Below, one piece after another: positions 63,950 to 64,000 of a DNA stretch of 64,000 nucleotides. Every line of letters starts with the position of its first letter. The stretch's first letter is position 1. Position numbers and translations under genes: made by a program. Under the pieces are notes generated by a model. That model was not told where the DNA came from, made no database searches, and saw only the letters and a program-made list of their open reading frames with translations. Source of the DNA: Actinomycetales bacterium (GTDB taxonomy: Bacteria; Actinomycetota; Actinomycetes; Actinomycetales; CAWJMD01); NCBI GenBank assembly GCA_047974565.1, contig JBKECN010000057.1, positions 49,560 through 113,559 of the forward strand. The letters run 5' to 3'.

Positions 63950-64000
63950 CGGCCCATCTCCCTTGATGTGGGACGTTCGAGACCCCGACTCTCGATGCTT

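Noticed and set aside
63950-64000. A glycine riboswitch upstream of the USP-AGCS operon
   Set aside because: Only 51 nt of upstream sequence lie within the window. They show an RBS and a small CGAGA/TCTCG hairpin, which is far too little to support a riboswitch call.

Overview
The window reads as chromosomal DNA from a high-GC actinobacterium, by eye about 68-70% GC, with strong GC3 and many GTGA/ATGA start-stop overlaps. It is mostly conserved housekeeping sequence. One block is tilS-hpt-ftsH-folE-folP-folB-folK-DUF3180. Others are panC/panD, dacB, ppa, holB-tmk, PSP1 and topA. Accessory material is interleaved with these: a GntP / beta-hydroxyacid dehydrogenase / DUF1537 kinase / GntR cluster; a DDAH-like gene with an Lrp regulator; a flavin reductase + LLM oxygenase + hydrolase cluster next to tRNA-Thr; a LuxR/HisKA_3 two-component pair; and a USP-AGCS transporter pair. 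I found no rRNA, CRISPR array, transposase, integrase or prophage. All calls rest on manual motif reading of the ORF track and the DNA; no searches were run. Many long ORFs in the track are GC-rich shadow frames or upstream over-extensions, and I trimmed the starts where I could verify a codon.

Best candidates for something new:
1. A repeat family with 29 copies of a conserved 16-bp core, CGTCACCCGGGTCACG (GTCAC-N4-GTCAC around the ACCCGGGT palindrome). The copies sit in three intergenic arrays with a recurring 61 / 30-32 bp spacing. Two of the arrays are in inverted orientation and bracket a panD + J-domain cassette.
2. A Pls/PosA-type single-module NRPS with the layout A-T-[2TM-LbH]x3, in an operon with a PPTase. 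A secreted S1 protease and an M1 peptidase flank it. A hand-read specificity code is Lys-like.
3. A DEDDh exonuclease fused to two BRCT domains and a TerD domain.
4. An orphan nuoD-like gene beside NDH-2 and an Rrf2 regulator.
5. A 158-bp element with terminal inverted repeats, present in two copies.
6. An MFS-thymidylate kinase fusion.
7. A probably kinase-dead RibF paralog.
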